A stretch of 64,000 nucleotides of DNA, from positions 3,136,001 to 3,200,000 of the forward strand of contig CBDASK010000003.1 in assembly GCA_965199495.1 (NCBI GenBank). Direction: 5' to 3'. Every line of letters starts with the position of its first letter. Positions within the stretch are counted from its first letter, which is position 1. This document shows positions 45,483 through 55,086 of this stretch, one piece after another. The position numbers were made by a program, and so were the translations under genes. A model generated the notes under the pieces. The model did no database searches. It saw only the letters and a list, made by a program, of their open reading frames with translations, and was not told the DNA's origin. This DNA is from Abditibacterium sp. Lineage in GTDB: Bacteria; Armatimonadota; Abditibacteriia; Abditibacteriales; Abditibacteriaceae.

Positions 45483-46748
45483 TTACAAATTTAAAAACGC
45501 GCTTGGCCCGTTCTCGAAATCGAGACGCACGCCGCGACGGTTGTTGTCATACGTCGCGCTGCCGTTCAACCCATCGGCCAAAGTCGCGATGGGCGCGAAG
45601 AAATCGCTGCCGCTCTGTTGAATGGGCGCCGAAATATCCACGCGGCGCCCGTTGACGTTGGCGGTTTTGGCGCCCGGCGTGAAGACGACATAAGCATCAC
45701 CGCGCGACACAACCAACTCGCGCCCGCGCCGTTCGATGTTGCCGCCCGCATAACGCGCCATATCGTTGGCCGAAGCCAAAACTACGCGATATTTTCCATC
45801 CTGCACCATGCGAACGCCAATCGTGCGATTGCCGGTTTGTGGCATCGGATTGGGCGCCGTGTTCGATGGCCGAGGTGTGTTCGGGGAGTTGTAAGTTGGA
45901 TAATTATTGTTGGTCGGATAAATATCGCCGTTGTTGTAATTGCCACCTGATCCCGACAGGTTAAGCAAGCCGCCGCCTTTTTGAGCGACTTGCACCAGAT
46001 TATCTTTGCGAATGACTTCGGTCAGCTTTTTCACGCGCGCATCGGAAGTCGGATGGTCGGACAGATATTTACCGATGCCGTTGCCGCCATCGCCCAATTT
46101 GCCCATCATCGAAACCGCCGCGCGTGGGTCGAAGCCCAAACGCGACATCGCGTGAACGCCATAGTCATCGGCGTCGCTTTCCTCGCCACGCGAATAGCCC
46201 TTTTGCCACAGCGTGAAACCCACGCCAGTCAAAGTGCCAACGACGTTGCCATTGCCGCCACCACCCAAAATCGCGCCCAAAATGCCGACGCCCAAGCCGA
46301 CTTGCTGCTGTTTCTCGACCGAATGCACAACGTCGCGATGTTCGATGTGCCCGGTTTCGTGGCCCAAAACAAACGCCAGTTCGGCGTCGTTGGAGGTCGT
46401 CGAAATCAGCTTTGTCGTGACGAAAATCGGGCCACCGGGCGCGGCGAAGGCGTTCAAAACTTTATCGTTTTGCAAAACCGTGTAAGAGTAGGGAATGTTT
46501 TTGCGCGAAGCCTGGCGCGCGAACATCGCACCGATGCGATTGACGCGTTGCTGACGCGCATCGTTTTGCGAGAGCGCGCGGCCATACTCTTTCTCGGCCT
46601 GCGCTTTAGCCTGACGACCGGCGTCAATCTCTTCCTGCTCGGAAATTTTGGAAAACTGCGCCTGCGCCGGAGGAGCCACCGCGAGGGCGCCGCCAGTGGC
46701 GAGGGTGCAAAGCAACGCGGTGCGTCGCAAAAGAGAATTAAGTTTCAT
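45483..46748 (-). CDS. Secreted M48 metallopeptidase with C-terminal stalk domain
   Basis: Signal peptide; NAFAAPGG, ELAFVLGHETGH, E..AD and LSDHP motifs; true start likely ATG 46748. Confidence 0.88.
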   Translation of the reverse strand: MKLNSLLRRTALLCTLATGGALAVAPPAQAQFSKISEQEEIDAGRQAKAQAEKEYGRALSQNDARQQRVNRIGAMFARQASRKNIPYSYTVLQNDKVLNAFAAPGGPIFVTTKLISTTSNDAELAFVLGHETGHIEHRDVVHSVEKQQQVGLGVGILGAILGGGGNGNVVGTLTGVGFTLWQKGYSRGEESDADDYGVHAMSRLGFDPRAAVSMMGKLGDGGNGIGKYLSDHPTSDARVKKLTEVIRKDNLVQVAQKGGGLLNLSGSGGNYNNGDIYPTNNNYPTYNSPNTPRPSNTAPNPMPQTGNRTIGVRMVQDGKYRVVLASANDMARYAGGNIERRGRELVVSRGDAYVVFTPGAKTANVNGRRVDISAPIQQSGSDFFAPIATLADGLNGSATYDNNRRGVRLDFENGPSAFLNL

Positions 46749-46875
46749 GGTTTTTGGAATTTTGGCGCTCGAAAATGCGCCGGTTTGTTGGGTTTCAGAG
46801 ACGGCAAAATTCGCACCGCGTTCAAAATATCGCGAAAGGCGCGTAACTTGCGACAGGATTTGCGAAGAACTTTCA

Positions 46876-46934
46876 TCTAATCCTACCTCGCAGGTGGGAT
46901 TAGACTTGAACTCCGTTAGCGCGCAGGGTAAAAT
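46876..46934 (+). promoter_or_regulatory. Palindromic operator abutting a sigma70-type promoter
   Basis: TCTAATCCTACCT-cgc-AGGTGGGATTAGA (46876-46904), then TTGAAC-17 bp-TAAAAT (46906-46934). Confidence 0.65.
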
Positions 46935-46973
46935 AATTTGCGCCGCGCGAAGAATTGCAAGGAAAAAATCAGA

Positions 46974-47825
46974 ATGTCCATTGAAAACAAGGGCTATGCC
47001 CACCCCGAAGTGCTGGTTGATACCGATTGGGTTCGCCAGCATAAAGATGACGCCAACGTTAAATTGTTGGAAGTTGACGTTGACACCAACGCTTATGACG
47101 AGGGCCACATTCCCGGTGCCGTCGCATGGAACTGGACGAGCCAATTGTCCGATAATGTGCGCCGCGATATTTTGAGCGCCGACGATTTGGAAAAGTTGGC
47201 GTCGCAGAGCGGCGTTTCCAACGACGACACCATCATTTTGTATGGCGACAACAACAACTGGTTCGCGGCGTTCGCGTTCTGGATTTTGAAGATGTATGGT
47301 CACCAAGATGTGCGCCTGATGGATGGTGGACGCAAAAAATGGGTCGCCGAAAACGGCGAACTGACGACGAGCGAGGAAAAGCCCGAATCGAGCGAATATA
47401 AGTCGCAAGAGTTGGATTCGAGCATCCGCTCCAACGTCACCGAAGTTTTGCGCATCATCGAGAGCGGCGATTATCAGTTGGTTGATGTGCGCTCGCCCGC
47501 CGAATTTAGCGGCGACGTGATCGCACCGCCCGGCATGACCGAAACCGCCCAGCGCGGCGGCCACGTCCCCGGCGCCAAAAGCATTCCGTGGGCTTTGACT
47601 GTCGAAGAAGATGGCACTTTCAAGGACGCCGACAAGTTGAAAAATTTGTATGGCGACAAGGGCATTGATACCGATAAACCCGTCGTGGCTTACTGCCGCA
47701 TCGGCGAGCGTTCGAGCCATACCTGGTTCGTTTTAACCTATCTGCTGGGCGTCGAAGGTTGCAAAAACTACGACGGTTCATGGACGGAATACGGCTCGAT
47801 GGTCGGCGTGCCCATCGAGAAATAG
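46974..47825 (+). CDS. Tandem-domain sulfurtransferase (rhodanese, CysA/SseA-like)
   Basis: GHIPGA, DVRSPAEF, YCRIGERS active site and YDGSWTE motifs. Confidence 0.92.
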   Translation: MSIENKGYAHPEVLVDTDWVRQHKDDANVKLLEVDVDTNAYDEGHIPGAVAWNWTSQLSDNVRRDILSADDLEKLASQSGVSNDDTIILYGDNNNWFAAFAFWILKMYGHQDVRLMDGGRKKWVAENGELTTSEEKPESSEYKSQELDSSIRSNVTEVLRIIESGDYQLVDVRSPAEFSGDVIAPPGMTETAQRGGHVPGAKSIPWALTVEEDGTFKDADKLKNLYGDKGIDTDKPVVAYCRIGERSSHTWFVLTYLLGVEGCKNYDGSWTEYGSMVGVPIEK

Positions 47826-47952
47826 TCGCACTGTAAATCACGCCAAAACTCTGAAATGGCTTTGTCCGCGCCCGCGAAAGGGAATGCGATTTTCGTATTT
47901 AAAGGCGCGCCCGTGCGGGCAAAGTCTTGTTTGCTCACCCGATAACCCTCTT

Positions 47953-48453
47953 ATGTCAACCCAAGAATCTCATCTCCGCAGCCTCGTCAAAGGCATTAGC
48001 TGGCGTGCAACCGGCACCATTGATACAATCGTCATCGCGACTTTTGTGACGCACGATTTTTCGACTGCCCTCAAAATCGGCGCCGTCGAAGTTTTCACCA
48101 AAGTTGCGCTTTATTACGGCCACGAACGCGTGTGGCAGAAAATCGGCTGGGGCAAACCCGTCGTCAACGCGCAGTGGAAGACTGAAAAACCGACCAAAGA
48201 TTCTCCACTGCGCAGCATTGTCAAAGGTATCAGTTGGCGCATCACCGGCACCGTGGACACGATGGTCATCTCCTACTTCGTCACTGGGAATCCGATGTTG
48301 GCGCTTAAAATCGGTGGCGTCGAGATATTCACCAAGCTGGCGCTTTACTATGTTCACGAGCGCGTCTGGCAAAAAGTCAAGTGGGGCCAACCCAAAAATT
48401 CGAGCGGCCAAACGCCCACAATTGGCGCCGAAGCGACGGCCATCGGTTCGTAA
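47953..48453 (+). CDS. Tandem DUF2061 membrane protein
   Basis: Two copies of RS.VKGISWR.TGT.DT...LYY.HERVW. Confidence 0.85.
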   Translation: MSTQESHLRSLVKGISWRATGTIDTIVIATFVTHDFSTALKIGAVEVFTKVALYYGHERVWQKIGWGKPVVNAQWKTEKPTKDSPLRSIVKGISWRITGTVDTMVISYFVTGNPMLALKIGGVEIFTKLALYYVHERVWQKVKWGQPKNSSGQTPTIGAEATAIGS

Positions 48454-48456
48454 ATT

Positions 48457-48840
48457 ATGTCTACCGCTTCCAACTTCACCAAAAAAGTCTTGAACGCGCC
48501 CGAATTGGCGCAGATTCCGTTCGACGTGGCTGTGCTTGACGGCTACCTCGAAAAAAGCGATGTGCGTATCACGCGTACACGTAGCGTGGGGCGAGTTAAG
48601 GCGCCGACGTGGAGCGTGGATTTTGGCATTGCGCCCGATGAAAAAACACTTCACGTCACGCTCAATCAGTTGATTCAGAAACTGCCCGAACGCGAGCGCG
48701 AAAACTGGTTCCGCCATGTTGCCGCCGACCGTTATTCGGAGAATTATCTGAAGATGCAAGGTTCGCACGCCTGCATTGACGACGGTAACTTGCGCGGCTG
48801 GGGCGAACCCGAGCCATCGGACGAAGATAGTTTGTTTTAA
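48457..48840 (+). CDS. Hypothetical protein
   Basis: Starts 3 bp after the previous stop and is followed by a terminator. Confidence 0.65.
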   Translation: MSTASNFTKKVLNAPELAQIPFDVAVLDGYLEKSDVRITRTRSVGRVKAPTWSVDFGIAPDEKTLHVTLNQLIQKLPERERENWFRHVAADRYSENYLKMQGSHACIDDGNLRGWGEPEPSDEDSLF

Positions 48841-48850
48841 AACGGATAGT

Positions 48851-48906
48851 AAAAGACCCGCGACGAGAGTGGAGCCAAACGGTTTAACTCTTGTCGCGGG
48901 TTTTTG
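48851..48906 (+). terminator. Intrinsic terminator
   Basis: gacccgcgacgagagt...actcttgtcgcgggttttt hairpin. Confidence 0.7.
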
Positions 48907-48927
48907 TTTTTGGGAGCATAATTTATT

Positions 48928-49359
48928 ATGATGAAATGGCAAGCCAGTTGGCAATTTTGGGCTTTGGGTAGCGCGATTTTCGCGGCGGCGACGGCGATTA
49001 CCGCCAAAGTCGGCGTGAGCGGCGTGGATTCCAACTTGGCGACGGCGATTCGCACCGTCGTCATCGGCGCGTTCGCGTGGGCTATCGCGTGGAAAACCGG
49101 CGCCTTTAGCGAAGTCGGCCAACTCAGCAATCGCACTTGGCTGTTTTTGATTATTTCGGGTTTGGCGACGGGCGCTTCGTGGCTCTGTTACTTTCGTGCG
49201 TTGCAGTTGGGGCCAGCCGCGCGCGTGGCGCCGGTTGACAAACTCAGCGTTGTCTTCGTCATCGTTTTGGCGGCGCTGTTTCTGGGCGAACCTCTGACTT
49301 GGCGTTCTGCGCTGGGCGGTGGACTTATCGCGTTAGGCGCGTGGATTTTGGCGACTTAA
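48928..49359 (+). CDS. EamA family small transporter
   Basis: AKVG...DSNLATAIRT and SWLCYFRALQLG...VAPVDKLS motifs. Confidence 0.9.
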   Translation: MMKWQASWQFWALGSAIFAAATAITAKVGVSGVDSNLATAIRTVVIGAFAWAIAWKTGAFSEVGQLSNRTWLFLIISGLATGASWLCYFRALQLGPAARVAPVDKLSVVFVIVLAALFLGEPLTWRSALGGGLIALGAWILAT

Positions 49360-50345
49360 CGCATCTCGATTTTGCTCACGCGCATCATTTTGTTGCTCCA
49401 CGAGCCGGTCAATTTGACTTTGGAACCGACGGTCAAAAGCGCGGGTTTGGCGACCAGTAATTGAATCGGATAATTGGTATCGCCAGCGCGCACCGTCCAT
49501 TTGGAGCCACCGCCAGCGACGATATTGCCGCTCAAAACGCGCGGGCGATAATTGGGGCCATAGGGTTTGCTGACATTGGGCGCTGAACCGATGCCACTGG
49601 ATTTACCATTCAAAACGCGCAGGTTGCTCGCTTGCCACAAGCCTTGCGCGCTATCCCAAAAAGCCCAGATGCGCACGCGCTGACCCGCCTTCACATTGGG
49701 ATTATCGCCAAAAAGCGAAAGCACGCGATCTTGCCTTCCACCGGCTTGAATCTCGAAAATGTTGCCGCGCGGATTACTGGCGACGGCGCCCACAACAGCC
49801 TGCTGCGGTTCGTAAGTGGGCGCTGTGCCAATCGCCTGACGTTGCGCCGTGATCATCACTTGGGTCGCCAGAACCACGCCTTTTTCGCGCTTGCCGACAA
49901 CGCTCACCAAATCGCCGCGACTTAGCCCCGCCGCCTTTTCCTTGACCGGTAAAACGCGATAAATCGAGCCTCCCAGACTTTTAACCTGAAATTCATCGCC
50001 CGGCAAATCGCGATAAACCGCACCGCTAATTGTGAAATTTGGCGTGACTTTGCCGTTCAACGCTTTCACAGATTTCCAACTATAACCGGTCAAAACGCCG
50101 TTTTTCCACGCTCCCGATACGCGAATTCGGTCGCCGTTAGCAATTGCGAACGGCGCTTTGCCCGCGACGCGATAATAACGGTCATAGGAACGCAGCCAAA
50201 CTTCGTCTGCATCGCGACGCCCGACGATGTCGCCCGTCAACGTTAAGGTCTGCGCGCTTTGCGCTTGCGCGACGGGCAAACTAAGCGGCAAAGTCAACGG
50301 CGTGACGAGAAAAAGCGAGAGCGAAACGGCGGTTTTAGTTTTCAT
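49356..50345 (-). CDS. Secreted hypothetical protein with repeated OB-fold-like modules
   Basis: Signal peptide; four GD/GQ/GS-x-V-x-(V/I/L) beta-rich repeats. Confidence 0.6.
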   Translation of the reverse strand: MKTKTAVSLSLFLVTPLTLPLSLPVAQAQSAQTLTLTGDIVGRRDADEVWLRSYDRYYRVAGKAPFAIANGDRIRVSGAWKNGVLTGYSWKSVKALNGKVTPNFTISGAVYRDLPGDEFQVKSLGGSIYRVLPVKEKAAGLSRGDLVSVVGKREKGVVLATQVMITAQRQAIGTAPTYEPQQAVVGAVASNPRGNIFEIQAGGRQDRVLSLFGDNPNVKAGQRVRIWAFWDSAQGLWQASNLRVLNGKSSGIGSAPNVSKPYGPNYRPRVLSGNIVAGGGSKWTVRAGDTNYPIQLLVAKPALLTVGSKVKLTGSWSNKMMRVSKIEMR

Positions 50346-50411
50346 GGATGACAAACTCATGAGCGTTTTTCGCGCCACGAACTGAGCGCGATGAGTTTTC
50401 AAACGTCGCAT

Positions 50412-51581
50412 TTATTGGCCAATTACATCTTTGGCGTCGGTCGCTGTCCACAGCGCGCGCGCTTTTAGGCGCATTTCGTCGTATTCGGCCTCGGCGTCCG
50501 AATCGGCGACGATGCCGCCGCCCGCATGGAAATAGGCGCGCTTGCCGACAATCGTCGCCGTGCGAATCGCGACGTTCCATTCCATATCGCCGTCGAAACC
50601 GAAATAACCGATGGCTCCCATCGAAGCGCCGCGTGGTCGCATTTCCAATTCATTGAGTATCTGCATCGCGCGAATTTTGGGCGCGCCCGTAATTGAGCCG
50701 CACGGAAACGCCGCGACAAACGCATCGAGGCCATCGCACTCCGCGCGTAACTTTCCGCGCACGACCGAAACTCCGTGATGCAGCGTCGGAAACGTTTCGA
50801 TTTGATACAATTGCGGCACATGGACGCTGCCAAATTCGCAGACGCGGCCCAGATCGTTGCGCATCAAATCCACGATCATCACGTTTTCGGCGCGGTCTTT
50901 CGCGCTATTTCTAAGTTGAGTTATGCGCGCCTGATCATCGGTGGCATCGCAGCCACGGCGCATGGTGCCTTTAATCGGGCGCGCTTCGAGAACGCTGTTT
51001 TGCAGGGTCAGAAACGTTTCGGGCGAATCGGAGATAATCGAGAAATCGCGCCATTGCAATAATGCTCCACGATTCGCGAGACGGCCATTAAAAAACGATA
51101 ATCTATCGTCTAATTCGGCGGCACTATAATTTGTTTTAACCGCAAAACGGTAGGTTAAATTCGCCTGATAAATATCGCCCGCCGCGATATAATTTTTAAT
51201 TTTCTCGACGCCCGCGCAGTAAAATTCGCGTGCTTCGGCAAAATCTGGCGCTTCGATTGGCTCTATCGGAGCGTAGCGATAACGTTTGAACAGTTGTTTA
51301 CGGCGCTCTAACTTTTCGTAAAACACCAAACGCGCGAGCGGCAAACCCAAATCATCAGCGCGTGGCTGTGGAATCGAGCGCGGCTCCAAGCTGCGCAACG
51401 CTTCGTAACTCCAAAAGCCGATGGCGCCGCCATTGGGGAAACGAACGCGCGCGCCTTCAAGACGCGCGCGCAATGCAGTCCCATCGAACGGCTCGTCGGC
51501 GCGCAATTCCCAAACATCGAACGGATCGAGACCGGAAATATCATCGCCGTTGAAATGCAGGACATGACTGCCAAAGTTCAT
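50412..51581 (-). CDS. pabB: Aminodeoxychorismate/anthranilate synthase component I family protein
   Basis: GDIYQANL, SPETF, PIKGT, MIVDLMRNDL and GSITGAPK motifs; the longer ORF start lies inside a REP element. Confidence 0.8.
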   Translation of the reverse strand: MNFGSHVLHFNGDDISGLDPFDVWELRADEPFDGTALRARLEGARVRFPNGGAIGFWSYEALRSLEPRSIPQPRADDLGLPLARLVFYEKLERRKQLFKRYRYAPIEPIEAPDFAEAREFYCAGVEKIKNYIAAGDIYQANLTYRFAVKTNYSAAELDDRLSFFNGRLANRGALLQWRDFSIISDSPETFLTLQNSVLEARPIKGTMRRGCDATDDQARITQLRNSAKDRAENVMIVDLMRNDLGRVCEFGSVHVPQLYQIETFPTLHHGVSVVRGKLRAECDGLDAFVAAFPCGSITGAPKIRAMQILNELEMRPRGASMGAIGYFGFDGDMEWNVAIRTATIVGKRAYFHAGGGIVADSDAEAEYDEMRLKARALWTATDAKDVIGQ

Positions 51582-51597
51582 GCGGTGAAATTGTTTT

Positions 51598-51694
51598 CGT
51601 AAAGACGTCAATTTATCGCGTCTAAAATGTCGAATTTGCTTTAAAGTTAGAGCAATTTCCACTTTTTTAGACGCGATAAATCGGCGTCTCTACG
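51598..51694. repeat. REPIN-like doublet (GTAGAGACG family) with a degenerate left arm
   Basis: cgtaaagacgtcaatttatcgcgtctaaaa and ttttagacgcgataaatcggcgtctctacg. Confidence 0.85.
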
Positions 51695-51700
51695 ATTGGC

Positions 51701-51949
51701 TTAACCTGCCATAATGTCGCCGCCTGCGGGCGTGACACGAACGCCCTGTTCTTCGAGCCACTTAATCGCTTTGTCAATTTCGGTTTGATCGCCTTCGAGC
51801 GACAAATCCATCCAACCGGCCTGCGGTTGAATGTCAGCGCGACGAATCGAAAAAGTGACGTCGAATTTCTTGGCCATCTGACACACGACGGGTTCGGTCG
51901 CGCGCGGCGGATAAAAAGTGAGCCGTAAACGGTCGGAATGTTCGTTCAT
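51701..51949 (-). CDS. Stand-alone NIL-domain protein
   Basis: RLTF...EPVV...FDV.FSIRRA...GWMDLSLEG...AIKWL..QGVRV pattern. Confidence 0.8.
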   Translation of the reverse strand: MNEHSDRLRLTFYPPRATEPVVCQMAKKFDVTFSIRRADIQPQAGWMDLSLEGDQTEIDKAIKWLEEQGVRVTPAGGDIMAG

Positions 51950-51953
51950 AATT

Positions 51954-52235
51954 TTAGATTTGGCCGCCAGCAATCGCGGGGACAATCGAAACCTCGTCGC
52001 CGTCTTTGAGCGGCGTGTCCAATTTCTGAAGAAAACGCACGTCTTCTTCGTTGACGTAAACGTTGACGAAACGGCGCAACTCGCCTTTGTCGTCGAGCAT
52101 ACGGGTTTTGAACTCGTCGCTCTGCGATGCGAGTTCGTTGACGGCGCCCCGCAAATCGGTGGCTTCAACGGAAACTTCGGCGCGGTCGCCGACGAGTTTT
52201 TGTAATGGTGTGGGAATGCGAACTAAAACGGACAT
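51954..52235 (-). CDS. MoaD/ThiS/CysO-like ubiquitin-fold sulfur carrier ending in GG-QI
   Basis: RIPTPL, RRFVNVYVNEEDVRF and PAIAGGQI*. Confidence 0.9.
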   Translation of the reverse strand: MSVLVRIPTPLQKLVGDRAEVSVEATDLRGAVNELASQSDEFKTRMLDDKGELRRFVNVYVNEEDVRFLQKLDTPLKDGDEVSIVPAIAGGQI

Positions 52236-52332
52236 GATATTTTTGTGTTGTGCTCGTTGCGAGCTTTTTTGTGACAGCTTCAATCAACGCGCAAGCGGCG
52301 CGCGGCGTTGCAAATGTTGTGCTTTTGTTTTC

Positions 52333-52426
52333 GTAGAGACACCGATTTATCGCGTCTAAAAACGTATGAATTGCGTCAAATTCGGCGATTATCAAGTTTT
52401 TAGACGCGATAAATCGGTGTCTCTAT
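52333..52426. repeat. REPIN-like doublet (GTAGAGAC family)
   Basis: gtagagacaccgatttatcgcgtctaaaaac and its inverted copy. Confidence 0.9.
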
Positions 52427-52440
52427 GGGGAAGAAGAGAT

Positions 52441-53742
52441 TTATAACTTTCGGCCCAGCGCTTTCTCAAACGAAGCCAAATTCGCCTCGATTTGCATCGG
52501 CTGGCCGATTTTACCAGCCACGGCCTCGACGGTCTTCAAGCCGCCGCCGGTGATATAAGCCACTGTCACTTCGTCGGGCTTGATATGGCCGCTCTCGGCC
52601 ATTTTTTTCAGGTTGGCGATGGTGACGCCGCCCGCCGTTTCGCCCCAGATGCCTTCGGTTTCGGCCAACAATTGAATGCCTTCAACGACTTCTTCGTCGG
52701 TCACAGCGCCCGCCGCGCCATTTGTGGAGCGCATGGTTTCGAGCGCGTAAATGCCGTCGGCAGGATTGCCAATCGCCAGACTTTTGGCGATAGTGTTGGG
52801 TTTAACCGGCGTCACGAAATCCAAACCTTCGGCGAACGCTTTAGCGACGGGCGAACAGCCTTGCGCTTGCGCGCCCGAAACGCGGAAATCTTTTTGATCA
52901 ATTAAACCGAGCTTCATCAGCTCGTTGAAACCTTTATGAATTTTGGTCAGCATCGAACCCGACGCGATGGGAATCACGACGTGATCGGGCGCGACCCAGC
53001 CCAATTGTTCGGCGACTTCGTAGGCCAGAGTTTTGCTGCCTTCCGAGTAAAACGGGCGCACGTTGACGTTGACAAACGCCCAATCGGTGCGGTCGGCGAT
53101 TTCGGCGCACAAACGGTTCACTTCGTCGTAGTTGCCCTTGACGGCGACCAAGTTCGGCTTGTAAATCAGCGACCCCATGACTTTGCCGCTTTCCAAATCG
53201 GACGGAATAAAAACGTAGGCTTTCATGCCCGCGCGCGCGGCGTGCGCGGCCACGCTGTTGGCCAAATTGCCCGTCGAAGCGCAAGCGGCGGTGTCGAACC
53301 CGAACTCAACGGCGCGACTCAACGCGGTCGAAACGACGCGATCTTTGAAGCTCCAAGTTGGATTGGCCGTATCGTTTTTGATGTAAAGATTTTTGATGCC
53401 CAATCGTTTGCCCAGATTATGAGCTTTGACGAGCGGCGTAAATCCGGCGCCAATGTCAACGGCGGGCGTGCCTTCGACGGGCAATAAATCTTGATAACGC
53501 CAGATCGAGCGCGGGCCTTTTTCGATTTTTTCGCGCGAGATTTGACCGGCGATAACGTCGTAATCGTATTGGACTTCGAGCGGGCCAAAACACAATTCGC
53601 AAACGTGTTTGGGTTCGATGGGATACTCGGCGCCACATTCGCGGCAGGTGAGATTTTTGAGGCGCGATGCGCGCGGTGCGGCGGAAGTTTTTCCGTTGGC
53701 GTGGCCGTTGGTGGACGGCGTTGGGAGAGTTTCTGTGGACAA
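52441..53742 (-). CDS. thrC: Threonine synthase-like PLP enzyme with an N-terminal Zn ribbon (second paralog)
   Basis: CREC...CELC, NPTWSFKDR and ASTGNLA motifs; TTG start at 53742 after AAGGA. Confidence 0.85.
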   Translation of the reverse strand: MSTETLPTPSTNGHANGKTSAAPRASRLKNLTCRECGAEYPIEPKHVCELCFGPLEVQYDYDVIAGQISREKIEKGPRSIWRYQDLLPVEGTPAVDIGAGFTPLVKAHNLGKRLGIKNLYIKNDTANPTWSFKDRVVSTALSRAVEFGFDTAACASTGNLANSVAAHAARAGMKAYVFIPSDLESGKVMGSLIYKPNLVAVKGNYDEVNRLCAEIADRTDWAFVNVNVRPFYSEGSKTLAYEVAEQLGWVAPDHVVIPIASGSMLTKIHKGFNELMKLGLIDQKDFRVSGAQAQGCSPVAKAFAEGLDFVTPVKPNTIAKSLAIGNPADGIYALETMRSTNGAAGAVTDEEVVEGIQLLAETEGIWGETAGGVTIANLKKMAESGHIKPDEVTVAYITGGGLKTVEAVAGKIGQPMQIEANLASFEKALGRKL

Positions 53743-53895
53743 GAGAGCGTGTTCCTTGCGGTGCGTTAGCGAAAAAGAGGCTGGCACGCGCCATCGTTTT
53801 GGGTTCTCCGTTCGGCGAATCCCTTTTGCCGTTTTCGAGCAAAAAACGGCACCTTTGAAACGCGCAACGCAGGACGATGACTGCATTAAAGCCTA

Positions 53896-54507
53896 TCACT
53901 TTTCGGGCCGAACGGAAATCTCTGTGTCGTCAATTTCTTGGCGCAACGGCATGTTGCGGCCAAGGTTTCGGACATCGGCGAGCAAAGCAGCCAATCCGCG
54001 CGCGCCGAAAAGTAAGTAAAGACCGAGCGCGATTTCTACGAAAGTGTAAACCAAATTGGGCGCAAAACCCGTCCAATCTCGCTGGAATATGGCGTCTTGC
54101 GATTTGATGTTCCACGCGCGAACTAAAAGTTGCGTGAGGCGCGGCAGGGCAAGCGTCAAAACGTAAGCGCCCAAAACGGAAAACGCGAGTTGTTGGATCT
54201 CTTGATTTGTGGAAATGGGCACAACTTTTTCGTTGCGCTCGCCGACCATTTTTGCAGCCACGAAATCGGCTTCCATCCACAAAAATCCGGCAAAAATGAG
54301 CAGCAACGCTATGGGCGAAAGATAAATTAACGCCACCCAAAGTGACAGTGGAACAAAGCCGATGGGCGATTCCATTCTTGGAAACTGGTCGGGATTGAAC
54401 GCTTCATAAAAGGACGGCAGCAAAAACGCGCTCGCTTGAATAACGCTGATTAACGCCACAATCGACAAAATTCGGCACGCCAGCGCCGCCACAGAACGCA
54501 AATTCAT
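53896..54507 (-). CDS. Hypothetical membrane protein
   Basis: Four hydrophobic segments. Confidence 0.6.
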   Translation of the reverse strand: MNLRSVAALACRILSIVALISVIQASAFLLPSFYEAFNPDQFPRMESPIGFVPLSLWVALIYLSPIALLLIFAGFLWMEADFVAAKMVGERNEKVVPISTNQEIQQLAFSVLGAYVLTLALPRLTQLLVRAWNIKSQDAIFQRDWTGFAPNLVYTFVEIALGLYLLFGARGLAALLADVRNLGRNMPLRQEIDDTEISVRPEK

Positions 54508-54516
54508 ACTTCGATT

Positions 54517-55083
54517 TTACTCGATGTCGGTTGGCACATTCCAATTACTAAACATTTTTAAATTTTCATCGAACTCGCGCGCGACTTCGGGCGCGATAAA
54601 ATGGGCGCCAATTTCTTCCAAAACGCGACGAAGCGGTGGCATTTTGCCTTCGATTCGCAAATATCGCTCGAAAAACGGCGTCGCCGTGGCTGCATAGATC
54701 GCGTGCAACGGCTCGAAGCCGTCGTCGGATAAAGGCACGCGCGCGATTCCGTCGAAATCTCGAATCAAGTAGCGAATGAAATCGGCGTTTAAATATGGCA
54801 TATCGCACGCGACGACAAACGTTGGCGCGCCAAAATGAGACAATGCGGCGTGAATGCCGCCGAGCGAGCCGCGATTGAGGAAGACATCAGCCACGGCGGG
54901 CAATCCGGCGGCGCGTGCGATAGTTGGATTGGCGGTGACGACGATGATTTCGTCGAAAATTGGCGTCAGAATTTGCGCGATATGCGCAATGAGCGGTTGG
55001 CCGTTGAACGGAATTAACGCTTTATCGCGGCCCATGCGCGACGATTTGCCGCCCGCGATTATCGCGGCGCGCGTGACGTTCAT
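54517..55083 (-). CDS. mobA: Molybdenum cofactor guanylyltransferase
   Basis: AGGKSSRMGRDKA, GSLGGI, ACDMP and EPLHAIY motifs. Confidence 0.92.
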   Translation of the reverse strand: MNVTRAAIIAGGKSSRMGRDKALIPFNGQPLIAHIAQILTPIFDEIIVVTANPTIARAAGLPAVADVFLNRGSLGGIHAALSHFGAPTFVVACDMPYLNADFIRYLIRDFDGIARVPLSDDGFEPLHAIYAATATPFFERYLRIEGKMPPLRRVLEEIGAHFIAPEVAREFDENLKMFSNWNVPTDIE

Positions 55084-55086
55084 GGT

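Noticed and set aside
45483..47720. 745-aa ORF as one protein
   Set aside because: The first ~320 codons are the antisense shadow of the rhodanese gene and its promoter. The M48 protein starts at 46748 with a signal peptide.
6155..52426. Repeats as a CRISPR array
   Set aside because: They are dispersed inverted doublets, not regularly spaced direct repeats, and no cas genes are present.
53780..53860. Calling a cobalamin or SAM riboswitch
   Set aside because: The resemblance is only partial and the conserved cores are missing. It is kept only as an unclassified structured leader.
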